From the NCBI GenBank assembly GCA_002811645.1, contig PDIP01000005.1, positions 73,198 through 137,197 of the forward strand: 64,000 nucleotides of DNA, written 5' to 3'. This DNA is from Corallochytrium limacisporum Hawaii. Taxonomy: Eukaryota > Protista > Pluriformea. How positions within the stretch are numbered: the first letter of the stretch is position 1; each line of letters opens with the position of its first letter. The notes beneath the pieces are model-generated. The model was given only the letters and a program-made list of their open reading frames with translations, ran no database searches and had not been told where the DNA came from. The translations under genes were made by a program, and so were the position numbers. Shown here in pieces: positions 33,378-44,000 of the stretch.

Positions 33378-35060
33378 ATGGCAGTGGCGTTGACAACACG
33401 TTCCTTGACAGTGGTATGCTGGCTCGTTCTCACAATATGGGTCGGACATACGTTTTACCATCGCCAACAGTTTTTTCCCGCAATGGTTGATCTGCAACGC
33501 AGTGAAATATTTAGTATCCTCTTGAGAACATCAGCGCTGTTAGCGGGATATCAGATTTGCAAAGGGATTGTGGCCATGCTTTTTGGAAAATTGCGGAGCA
33601 TGGAGACAGAAATGGTCGTTGAGAACTCACGGATCGCTGTATTCGAGACCCTCCTGGCCATGACCGTTTTTCGGGAAGAGTTCTCGGGGGCGTTAATCTA
33701 TCCTTTCAGTTTGTTGCTCTTTATCAAGGTACTACATTGGCTTTGTAAGGGACGACTAGAATTCATGGAACAAAGTCCTGCCTTGTCGTGGACCAACCAT
33801 GTCCGAATTGCGACACTGTGCGGCGCACTGAGTACGCTGGACTGCTACATGGTCTACACCAGCGGTCGAGAGGTGTGGAGAACAGGACCGACTATGGAAC
33901 TCCTCTTCGGATTTGAGTACTTTGTCTGCAACCTTCTCATCATCAACGTCGGTGTCCGTCATGCCCTACACATTGTGGACCTAGTTCGGGAGCACCCACT
34001 GGAGAACAAGAGCCAATACCTCTTCTACATGCAGGCATGCCTAGACTTTGTGCGACTGATAGCATACAGTGGCTTCTTCGGTGTGATTCTTCACAACTAT
34101 GGTATGCCCTTCCACATTATCCGCGATCTTTATCTGACCTTCCGCAGCTTCCTCAAATGTATCGGCGACATTGTGCGGTATCGCCAGGCAACCCAGAATA
34201 TGGACCAAAAGTATCCAGATGCAACCGCCGAGGACTTGGCACAGGACTCTCAGTGTGTTATTTGCAGAGAGGACATGACAGCGGGCAAGAAACTGAACTG
34301 CGGTCACATTTTCCATTTCGCCTGCCTGCGGCTATGGCTCGAGCGGCAGCAGACGTGCCCGACCTGCCGCACTTCGGTCCTCGACAACACGGCAACCAAT
34401 CGGCGCTCTGCCGCGGCGCGTGTTGTCGCTGCTGCACAGCCGCCACAAGCCGATGCTGCAGCCCAGGATGGTTCTGGGTTGGCCGCTGCCGGTGCTGCTG
34501 CCGCATCCGGTGCCGATGAGAGAGCTGTGGACGGCACCCAAAGTGCCGGTGGGGCACAGTCCAAGGACGAGCCGACGCTGGCGTACCCAACGATCCGTGC
34601 CGGTGCCTTTGCTGCAGGTGCCCTAGCGACCGGTGCAGCAGCTCCTACCACATCCGGATCCGCTGCTTTTGCTTCTGGACAGCATCCACCACCGTTTGAA
34701 TACGCTATCCCTCTGTTTGGGCACCATCCGCACGTTGCCCAACCACACAGTCGCCCCCACCAGCAGGCACCCCCGCTCTCTCCGGCAATGGCAATGGCAA
34801 CGACAGCGTCGGCACTGCCTACATCGGTAGAGAACAATGTAGTGCTTGAGAAAAGCGTTCTGGAGCATCGTCTGCGCGTCTTGCAGGACATGAACGCGCG
34901 TCTGAACACGACGATTGCAGACTGTTTGCATTTGTTGCATAGTTTGGAGCAAGAAGAGCAGACGGAAGCCGCATTCACCTCCTCGCCCACGAAGCAACAG
35001 CACAGCAAAATGAACGGGAACACTCAGCAGTCGCCATCATCGTCAGCATCTACATCATGA
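33378..35060 (+). CDS. HRD1: ERAD E3 ubiquitin ligase HRD1/synoviolin
   Basis: Multi-TM N-terminus (FGKLR..E, ETLLAMTVFREEF) and RING-H2 CVICREDM..CGHIFHFACLRLWLERQQTCPTCR. Confidence 0.95.
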   Translation: MAVALTTRSLTVVCWLVLTIWVGHTFYHRQQFFPAMVDLQRSEIFSILLRTSALLAGYQICKGIVAMLFGKLRSMETEMVVENSRIAVFETLLAMTVFREEFSGALIYPFSLLLFIKVLHWLCKGRLEFMEQSPALSWTNHVRIATLCGALSTLDCYMVYTSGREVWRTGPTMELLFGFEYFVCNLLIINVGVRHALHIVDLVREHPLENKSQYLFYMQACLDFVRLIAYSGFFGVILHNYGMPFHIIRDLYLTFRSFLKCIGDIVRYRQATQNMDQKYPDATAEDLAQDSQCVICREDMTAGKKLNCGHIFHFACLRLWLERQQTCPTCRTSVLDNTATNRRSAAARVVAAAQPPQADAAAQDGSGLAAAGAAAASGADERAVDGTQSAGGAQSKDEPTLAYPTIRAGAFAAGALATGAAAPTTSGSAAFASGQHPPPFEYAIPLFGHHPHVAQPHSRPHQQAPPLSPAMAMATTASALPTSVENNVVLEKSVLEHRLRVLQDMNARLNTTIADCLHLLHSLEQEEQTEAAFTSSPTKQQHSKMNGNTQQSPSSSASTS

Positions 35061-35474
35061 GCTTCATAATTACACGTCACACTGAAATTATTAGATCCAT
35101 ACAACAAAGAAATCACACACAAATTGGACATCAAGGGAACGGGAGAGTCTCTTGGTATCCGGCCTCCATCCCCCCTCCCCGTGTCTTGCCACTTTCGTCT
35201 CCCCCCTTCCTGTCCCCGTCTGCAACACTGAAGGAAACCCTTCCATTCGGGCGCGTGAAAAGTAGGAGTTGGCAACCGAGTCACGCACAGGTGGGAAGAC
35301 GTCTAGCACTGTGGTCTTGGTTTACTTAAGTTTACATTTCGAGAACAAATGGTACTTTAGGAGCGTTTAAAATGTTGAATTAAATAGTTGAATCAGCACC
35401 TCTTGAATTTGTAAACAATAAACTACGAATACTTGACAAATTAATCGTATTCTGTGTTTTTGCTTCTTACCAGA

Positions 35475-36509
35475 ATGGTACAGATGCAGCTGGAGACCGG
35501 GCCAAAGAGGCCTTCAATAGAAACTTTTCGGGAGAATGTCACCATATTTACGGAGAAGCCTCGGGTCAACCTCGTGGCTGACGGACTGCAGTGTATTGGT
35601 GGACCGGTGTACCATCCGGGGAACAAGAATCTGTACATTAGCGACACCGCAGCGAACAAACTCTACAAATGGTCTGAAACCGTCGGACTGGTTACCTATG
35701 CCAAATCTGCAGACAAACCAAACGGGAATGCGGTCGATCGCCAGGGTCATCTGATCACTTGCCACCATGAGAGCCGGTGTGTGACCCGCCTCGACATTCT
35801 TAAACCTGTGAACACAGCCCAGGGTGAAATGCCTCCGGAGCCAGAAAAAATCGCCGTCTCCCACGACGGTCGCATGCTCAACAGTCCGTTCGATGTCAAG
35901 GTGCACAAAGATGGGAGCATCTGGTTCAGCGATCCGGACTATGGCTGCGCTGCGGACGATCGGATGGGCCATGGCATGCCGGCACAGCAACAGAGCCAGT
36001 TGGTGTATTGCATTAGTCCGCAAGGCGGACATGTCAGGCCGGTGATTGAGGATGTCAAGCGTCCCACGGGATTGTGCTTCAGCCCTGACTCTGCCAAGAT
36101 TTATGTCAGTGACTCTGAGGCTTGGTACAATGGCAAATACGACCCGGAGAAGAGGCATTGTGTATTCGTGTACGATCTCATGGAATCGCCGGAGGGCTGG
36201 ACCATCGGCAAGCAGCGGACCTTCGTGAACATTGCCACAAATTCACAGGCTAAAGTTCCATGCGGATTAACTACAGACGTTTTGGGTAATGTCTATGTTG
36301 CTACTTTCGAGGGCGTGCACGTGTACTCTCGAGAGGCCAAGCTCCTGGCCAAGATCCACACCCCGGCCGAGGCTACCGCAGTCTGCTTCGGTGGAGTGGA
36401 TGGGCGGATTCTCTTCATCTGTGCCCAGGACACTGTCTGGAAGTGTGAGATGGCTATCAAAGGGGCCAATCTGGCATCATACTTTTCGGTACCTTCGGAC
36501 ATTCCCTGA
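35475..36509 (+). CDS. SMP-30/gluconolactonase/LRE-family beta-propeller
   Basis: GPVY, PNGNAVD, LNSPFDV, IWFSDPDYG, PTGLCFSPD and AVCFGG motifs. ATG at 35475. Confidence 0.88.
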   Translation: MVQMQLETGPKRPSIETFRENVTIFTEKPRVNLVADGLQCIGGPVYHPGNKNLYISDTAANKLYKWSETVGLVTYAKSADKPNGNAVDRQGHLITCHHESRCVTRLDILKPVNTAQGEMPPEPEKIAVSHDGRMLNSPFDVKVHKDGSIWFSDPDYGCAADDRMGHGMPAQQQSQLVYCISPQGGHVRPVIEDVKRPTGLCFSPDSAKIYVSDSEAWYNGKYDPEKRHCVFVYDLMESPEGWTIGKQRTFVNIATNSQAKVPCGLTTDVLGNVYVATFEGVHVYSREAKLLAKIHTPAEATAVCFGGVDGRILFICAQDTVWKCEMAIKGANLASYFSVPSDIP

Positions 36510-36983
36510 GATGTTTTGTTGCTTCTTGGAATTGACCTACGTGAAATAAATAAAATGATCGTGTTCACCTTTCACCGACACCGTTCCCGCAGTCCCGTGC
36601 TCAAAAACGGCGCCCCTCCCTATTGGGGGGGGGGTGTGGGGAGAGAGATTGGGGTTCAGGGACCCAAAACAGTAATATACTGGGCAATCCGGACGCACGG
36701 CCCTTACTCTTGCGCAAGTGCGAGGTCACTTTGGACTCGGGGCCGTTCGGATGACTCTAACGGTATTTAACGGGAACAATGAACTCCAATAAATATAATG
36801 CATCGAAATCCATAAGGATGAGACGTAAAGCGTAGATTGATAGCCCCATGGACGGGCAATCGAGAGTCAATATGCCAGGAAAACCAAATTAGAATCCAGT
36901 TTGTGTGCCTGTAGTTCCAGACACAAACAAATGCATTGCTAAACAAAGGCTAGAATTGACTATCGAGGCGAAAGTGAAAAAGG

Positions 36984-39377
36984 ATGCGCCGCACTCCTGG
37001 CTGGGGTTCTGACCACATTGGTCCATCATCCTCACCAACAGGAACCCTTGGTTCGGGCATTGGCAAGAACACGACCAACCCAGGTGGTACCTCCTCCCAC
37101 ACAGCCCAGGTTTCAGTCAAGGCCACTCCGAACCTCATCGCTGAGATGATCGATGATGTGGTCCTCTTACTCCGCGGGTATGATTTTAACAGAGCCTTGG
37201 AGCGCACGCTGCGTTCTCTAGAGAGTCTAACGGGTGAGAAGCGCTCGGCCGCTACCGTTTTGCACTGGTACCAACACAGCCCTGAACGCAAGGAACGACG
37301 CGGAACATCAGGGGATCCGAGCGGCCTCGGCCACGCACACGGCCGCGGTGCTCTGCACCGGGAGAGTTCAACAGAGCGCATCGCTGTTGGTAGTACAGGT
37401 GGCAGCGATGCGTCGACGACGACCTACGGCAGGTCCTTTGAGCGCGTTTCGCGGCTGCCTATACCCGAGAACGAGGAGATCGTAACGGATGACCATCTAC
37501 AGTCCCTGGCAGTTGTGTTTGTGGAACATATCATTCAGTACATTCGCATGGAAAGCATGTACTGGACGGGCCGCTTCTGTGCAAGGAAACGGAGTGTCCG
37601 AAAATTGCAAACGATGGCTTTGTATTCGATGCTCACAACGTGGCTCATTGAGACAAAACGATCTGGTGAGTCCATGAACAACGCACTGCGAATGCTTCCG
37701 CTCATAGATCCCGCCAAAATCACGGAGCTGGTTCCTGAGGATGAGCAGATTCTGGAGCAGACCCGACTGGTTCAGACGCTCAAGGACAACTTGGATGGTC
37801 TCAGACTCGCTGGCGAACTGAGGCGTCGATTGGTGAGCATGTACGACACCATGGCCGGATCGACGTCATCCCGCATTGCTAAGGATCTTGGGCACCAGCT
37901 GGACCAGATCCTGGCGGGATTGGTGGCTGGTATCCGTAGCCGTGAGCAGGCGCGAGTACCACCGATGACAGTCAGTCTGGAAGCTTTGAGCCAGCACTTC
38001 CGGGAGAGCAGCCATTCCAGCGTAGATCCCATTATAGAGAGCATCCTTCGCGAGATGAAAGTTTCTGCGGAGTCTTTGAAGGCCCTTCATTTTCTCGCTG
38101 TTTTGGACTTCTTTTCGGCAACAGAATGTATCACTAAGGCAACTTCCTTGCTCATGGGCTGGATCCACGATTTTCACGTCAATGCGGTGGCATTGAGTCC
38201 TATTGGTTCGTACCCACCCGGACGACCTCATTTACCCGGCCAGTCTCACACGCCTTCACCGGAGTCAAGCCCGCCGAAAGTATGGACTATCTCCCGAGCG
38301 ATGGTGAACTATCTCAACGAAGTTATGCGCAGTCCTACAAAGCGGGTGAAGGGCAGAAGCATCGGGGTTGGTGGAAGCAGTGTCAAGCCCTCGACGGCTA
38401 CGAATCCCGCCAAGAATAGCGGCAAGGGTGCTGCAGGCGGCAATAACGACAGCGGTGGTCCTGCGGGCGGTAGCCCACCCCGAAAGACACGATCCCTCTC
38501 GGATCTGCTCGTGAAGAATTCGACAACAAACGATATCCGTATGGCCTTTGAACGCGCTGCTTATCCGTTCACTTCTGCCGGACTAGGGTGGCAATTCAGA
38601 GACGGTGCTGGGGCAGCTGCTGCCGCGGCTACAGGGTCGAAGGGATCCAGCAGCGGCGCCGGTGGAGTTGTAGATCTTCCACAGCTGCTGTCTAAGGGGC
38701 AGCAGTCCACCTGGCAAGCTATCCTTAGCCCAGACCTGGCACTTCTGTGCAATCTTTGGAACTTCGTGGCCTGCGTCATAGCTAAACATTGGCTATACTT
38801 TGAGAGTGTTATTGCACGGTATGATCACCATAACTTAGAAGAGAGTGAAGTACTGAACGCAACGGCAACGGAACATTCTCAACCGCAGGCGCGCTACGCA
38901 ACCATTCTGCGGCATTTGGCTCACCGTACAGACGCACAGTGTGTGGCTCTGCTTTTCCAAAGCGAGGCGGTACCATCTTACACGGGTATGCAGTACTCCT
39001 TTTCCGGTAGTCATGATCCTAACGAAGGCGACGGATCCTCTGGCAACGCGGGCGGCAATGTTATGTCGGGCATCCGCAGCTATCCCATCATTTTCAGCCA
39101 TCCCAAGGATGCTATGCAGCCGTACATGCCCTCTGCGGTATCTCTTATTGTAGATGAGCAGGAGAGCCTGCTAAGGGGAGAGATCTGCTACATGTGGGAT
39201 CGCTCGGTGCGACAGACAGGGGCGACCTTCTTCTTTGCCATGGTCGATCCGCACATTATCATGTTTGCCATCTACCGACACCGCAGGACACAGAGCGACA
39301 CGTTTGTGAACACCGCGTTCTGCCTACTTGCCGAACAGATGATCTGCATCAATGTGGTCGGTGGTAGAGCGTCATAG
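36984..39377 (+). CDS. KICS2: KICSTOR subunit KICS2/C12orf66-like (DUF2003) with low-complexity insertions
   Basis: C-terminal YPIIFSHP..PSAVSLI..YMWD..TFFFAMVDPHIIMFAIY and central ALHFLAVLDF resemble C12orf66. Confidence 0.65.
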   Translation: MRRTPGWGSDHIGPSSSPTGTLGSGIGKNTTNPGGTSSHTAQVSVKATPNLIAEMIDDVVLLLRGYDFNRALERTLRSLESLTGEKRSAATVLHWYQHSPERKERRGTSGDPSGLGHAHGRGALHRESSTERIAVGSTGGSDASTTTYGRSFERVSRLPIPENEEIVTDDHLQSLAVVFVEHIIQYIRMESMYWTGRFCARKRSVRKLQTMALYSMLTTWLIETKRSGESMNNALRMLPLIDPAKITELVPEDEQILEQTRLVQTLKDNLDGLRLAGELRRRLVSMYDTMAGSTSSRIAKDLGHQLDQILAGLVAGIRSREQARVPPMTVSLEALSQHFRESSHSSVDPIIESILREMKVSAESLKALHFLAVLDFFSATECITKATSLLMGWIHDFHVNAVALSPIGSYPPGRPHLPGQSHTPSPESSPPKVWTISRAMVNYLNEVMRSPTKRVKGRSIGVGGSSVKPSTATNPAKNSGKGAAGGNNDSGGPAGGSPPRKTRSLSDLLVKNSTTNDIRMAFERAAYPFTSAGLGWQFRDGAGAAAAAATGSKGSSSGAGGVVDLPQLLSKGQQSTWQAILSPDLALLCNLWNFVACVIAKHWLYFESVIARYDHHNLEESEVLNATATEHSQPQARYATILRHLAHRTDAQCVALLFQSEAVPSYTGMQYSFSGSHDPNEGDGSSGNAGGNVMSGIRSYPIIFSHPKDAMQPYMPSAVSLIVDEQESLLRGEICYMWDRSVRQTGATFFFAMVDPHIIMFAIYRHRRTQSDTFVNTAFCLLAEQMICINVVGGRAS

Positions 39378-41090
39378 GCACCAACCCGACTCGGTGATGG
39401 TAGCGATTTTTGAGAATACAGAGACTCTTTGTGTGATGCCATGGTACCAAATGGACCATGACGAAACGCTCGATGTCTCCTACTACCCGTTTGATATCAT
39501 TTCAACAAAATATTTGTGATAAAGCTTATGCGCATCCAAAAATGTCGGGAATGCGGATACTCATTGCACGCCTTTGAGAGTTATTGATAATCTTGCCCAC
39601 GCGCTCCATCTTGGTCACGGGACAGGAGGAAGGCTTCCAAAAGGACCAGATTCTGAGCATTTAATGTTTTGGGGTTCGAAGACAAATTGGAGGTGAAATG
39701 TCATTTTTCCATCCTGCTGAGCATCGATGATGGATTCTGTGAGCATGCCAGAGTTTACCACCTACTCCAGATTGGCCATCTGGTGATATCGTCACTGGGG
39801 AATTGTGGAACGGGGGTTTCGTGGGCGCGGTTAAATCCGCAGACCCCATACAATTCGAAGGATGGTGGGGATGGAGGACACGGCGGGCCCTCCTGATACA
39901 CACGGGGCTTACGAAGATAAGCAAACCCTCTGAAAGTGGGGGATCATTCGTGGGCCAAGAGGTGGGAAGGTGGGGCTTTCCGATAATTTCAGAAAAGCCA
40001 TTGCCCCTAGTTCTCGGGAGCTCGCCGGTGGCAGTTGGAAACACGATGCAAGGGTTTGTCCACAAATTGTCCCTCGCCGAGCACAAAGCCGACACATTTG
40101 GGGCCGGACCGAGGGGGTTGGGGGATGGGACGGGAGGGAAGTGTGTGTATGGTAGGTGCATGTGGGTGCGTGGGTTTCTGGAACGTCTCGGTGGCCAAAG
40201 AGACCGGTGCGGGTCGGTGCAGGTCAGTCTTCAACAAAGGACCCAATTTTTTTCCAAGCAAACGGTGCAGACCGCGGGCAGCCCTTTTTCAGCAAAAGGG
40301 GTTTTCTTTTGGGTCCGCGCGCCTTAACCGTGTCCCTCTTAATGCCTCTGCAGCTGGGGCTGGAACTAGTTTTCAAGGGCCCAAGGATCGCTCGGGGCAG
40401 GGGGAGGAAGGGGACTATTTACCGCAGCCCCCTTCGTGCCCAATTAACATTACCCGCCGCCCCGCTGAGTGAGTGTTCAGCGGGGCGGAATGCTTCGGCC
40501 CCCTCGGGCCCTCTCGAGTCTCAAATACTTAAGTGCGCTCCGCTGCGGCGCTTGCTGCGGGTCTCAGCGGCGCGGGGGGTTGGGGGTCCGGAGAGAGGGA
40601 TACGCACACGGTCGTGCCGACCAGCACTTTGGTGGCTCACGTTTATTGTGTTTTTCTTGATTCCCATGCACCATTAGTCCATTTGTCCAAGTTTTAAAAC
40701 CTTTTGCATCAATGACAAAGCAGCCAACACCTTGTGGCTTTTCACTATCCCGGTGTTCTCTGTCGGCAGATATGGAGAACAAGTGAAATCTCTGATGCGT
40801 ACACACTGCTACGTTCCGTCACGAGCTATTTCAGGTCCAATGAGGTCCATGTCACCTTCGACGCAGACTCATGGTATGTTACAAACTCGAATGTTCGGAT
40901 ATACTCGAGGTTTTAGTTTTTTCTTTGTGATTTAGTTCTTAACCAGGTTTGTGTAATATGGGAGCAATTGGATGTTCATTTGTTTGCAAAGGCTACTCGT
41001 TTAGCTGAGTACGCTTGGGTGAATAGTTTATGATAGAGTTTTGCATACTTTCGGTGGAACAGAAGCTTCTGGGGTAAATAGAAACAGAAA

Positions 41091-44000
41091 ATGACTGAAA
41101 GGAAGCATTCCTACGCTGGGCCGTCGACATCTAAGGGCAAGGAGCCCTCTACGGCATCTAAAGATGGATTGTCGCTACAGGTCCCCACGGGTGACGACTC
41201 TCTTGGGGTGCCGGGTGGACAGAGACACAGCCAGCCAGCGTCTGTAATGCGCAGCAAATCGCTCGTTGTTGGGGATGGTTCGCCGCCGCCGACTTTTGAA
41301 CGAACTCCTACAGAAGAATCGTCATGGAATAAAGCCGAATCATCGGATCCTACGATTGTTGCAGGTAGGACGGTACCGCGGTTGAAGATGCAAAACCGTG
41401 TGGGCGATCCGACTCAGCCACCGCTGGGACCACAGACGGCTGGCGCACGGATAGCGCCCGGTCCCCCAGGTCAGGTTCCAATGTCTTCGGCACCGCGAGC
41501 CCTGCGCTGGAGCCCCTACATGGTCGCGAGCAGTGCGGAGCCAGTGCTGAAGGAAACGGTCGATCCGGAGCTGCTCGAATTCGAACGCAAGATCAGCGAT
41601 CCGGCCAATAAGAGGGGCGAATCAACGGCCAGCAAGCTACCTCCAGGCGGAACTTCGATGCTTGCACAGGACAGATCGCAGTCACTACGCGGGCCAATGG
41701 CCTACGAAGCCATGCGTGGTACTGGAAGCGTGACTGCTGGCAGTGGCTTTAATATTGGTAAGAAAGTTGCGGAAATTTTCAATATTTCGCAGGAGGTCGT
41801 GCGACGGGAGTCAATCATCGCTAAAGCGTCCAAAATGGAGCAGCTGTTGCAGGAACGGCAGCTACAACGCAGTCTGAGTGGGGTGTACAAGGACGAAATG
41901 CAATTACGGGCTTCACTACTGCCTCCCGGGGCGACCGGCGGAGCTGCGTCGCACCGCTCGCTTGGACGGACAGTCAGCGCAGTGGCCCCGGAGGACCGCC
42001 GTCGCTCCGGCTTGGTCCCCGCTACGGGCCCTGCGCGGTCCCGTAGCGTGCAGCCGGACGCCGAGGATGCCGCGACGGTCACGTCGGCAGCGACGGGCAG
42101 CAGTGGTAAGAAGAGCAAGTCATATGAGGATCTGGGAAAATCCGAAATGTACGCAGACCCCACGGCGGTCAAAGTAATCCGCACGTCACTGACGTTGGAT
42201 CCGGATGAAGTAGAGCAGCAGATCAAAATTGAGGACACAGAGCAGCGGATGAGGGAGAGCGGGGACAAAGATGCGACGTCCGCTGTAACTGCAGCAGCAG
42301 ATACAGCCAAACCAGACACCGAGGTTGAAGTAAGGGAAACCCTGTCTGTACCGGTGACCACAGCGACATCCTTCAAGGAGGCTAGAGACGAAGCGGCAGA
42401 TGGAGATGTCGCAACCGATGACCAGGCCCACATTGTCGTACCCGAATCTCCCATCCCGACGCCCATGCGCATCAAGTCACATTACCCTACCGAAGAGGAG
42501 CAGCGCGTGATGGCCGAGCGTCGCCATAAGACCGAACCAAGGGTGGGGAAGCGGGTGAGCTCTCCATCTGCCCACCGAAAAGTGTCACACATGCGCAACC
42601 TGTCCAAGGGAGGCTTGCCGTCACACGGAAGCACCGGCTTTCTGCGCGCGGTGTGGGGTGATTTGGGCCCAGAAAACGGCGGCGATGCCATTCCGACTAT
42701 GCCATCAACGGGAAGCTCGTCGAATCTTCCCAAGATGAAAAACACAAAGAGCCAGCTGTCCCAGGGCTGGTTATCCAACGGACGAACCACCAATTCGCTC
42801 CTGGGTTCGGGCGCAGGAACACCGCAGGGTCCGGCGAGTGCTGAATATGATGCGTCATCAGACTCAGAGAATGACTTTGGCACAGATTATTTGCTCCCGC
42901 GTGCCGTCAAAGCGGCAGGGGCTAAATTCAGCAACCCAGTCTCCTCTGCGGGAAGCATGGACGAGGAAGATTTTACTGAGGAATTGTCGGAGACGGCTCC
43001 CTTGCTACGACGGGCAGAGAAACAGATTGCCTGGCGATACACAACCGCCTTCCATGAGGCACAACAGATGGACCCGGATCGTGTCCACCTATCCTTTGAT
43101 GAGGCCATCCTGCAGGCCACCGTGCTCATGGGCTGTGCTCAAGACCTGGCACGTGTGGATTTCCGCATGGATGCCCGCAGCCTGGAGATTGTGCGTACGG
43201 TGAAGAGCGTGAAAATGCGTTTCGCGGGTTTCTGTGTGCTCATCATTTCTATGGCCCTAGCCGTGTTCGAGTATCCGCAAAAAGTGAGCCCAACGACGCG
43301 TATGGTCGTGATTACGCTGCAAATCCTGTGCCTTCTGTTCTACGGATTCACCCTCGCATTGCGTGCATGCACCTGGCCAACGATGCGACCTGTGTTCACT
43401 CTACGTTATGGTCCCACTGTGGTCGTGCTAATTGCATCACTGGTTGATACTGGATTTGCTGTATGGTACCCGACCTACAATATGCCTGTGGCGCGATCAC
43501 TGCGCACATTCTTTTGGTTCTACGTGGATCGTGACTTCCGCAAGTATTTCGGACGTTTGCTGTTCACAATACCTTCCCTATTACCAATCTTCAGCTACAT
43601 GTTTAGCCTGATCCTTATGTTTGCGCTGATGGGAATGAGCATCTTTCAGAAGGAGAAGGAAGGGAAGACGCAATTCCCGGACTTGGCCACTAGCATGGAG
43701 TCACTCCTGAACGCCGTGACTCTTGCCAACACCCCTGGAGTGGCGGTGGATGCGCTGGAGTCAAGCTTTTTACACTTTCCATTTTTTTTCGTATTCTTAA
43801 CATTTGGCAATCTTGTGCTCATGAATTTGATCCTGGCTAATGTCTATACGACATATCGTGCCCTGCTGGCCGATGCCGCCAGGTCAGACTACGCGTACTT
43901 CCTGACCATTACGAACATGGTTTTCCGACGATTGAAGTGCGCTGCGCATTCAAAGGGAAAAGAAGACATTGACTTCGAGATCATGCAACCTTTCTTTGAG

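Noticed and set aside
41702-42475. 257-aa minus-strand ORF, and similar antisense ORFs inside HRD1 and the gluconolactonase gene
   Set aside because: Shadow ORFs expected opposite GC-rich coding sequence.
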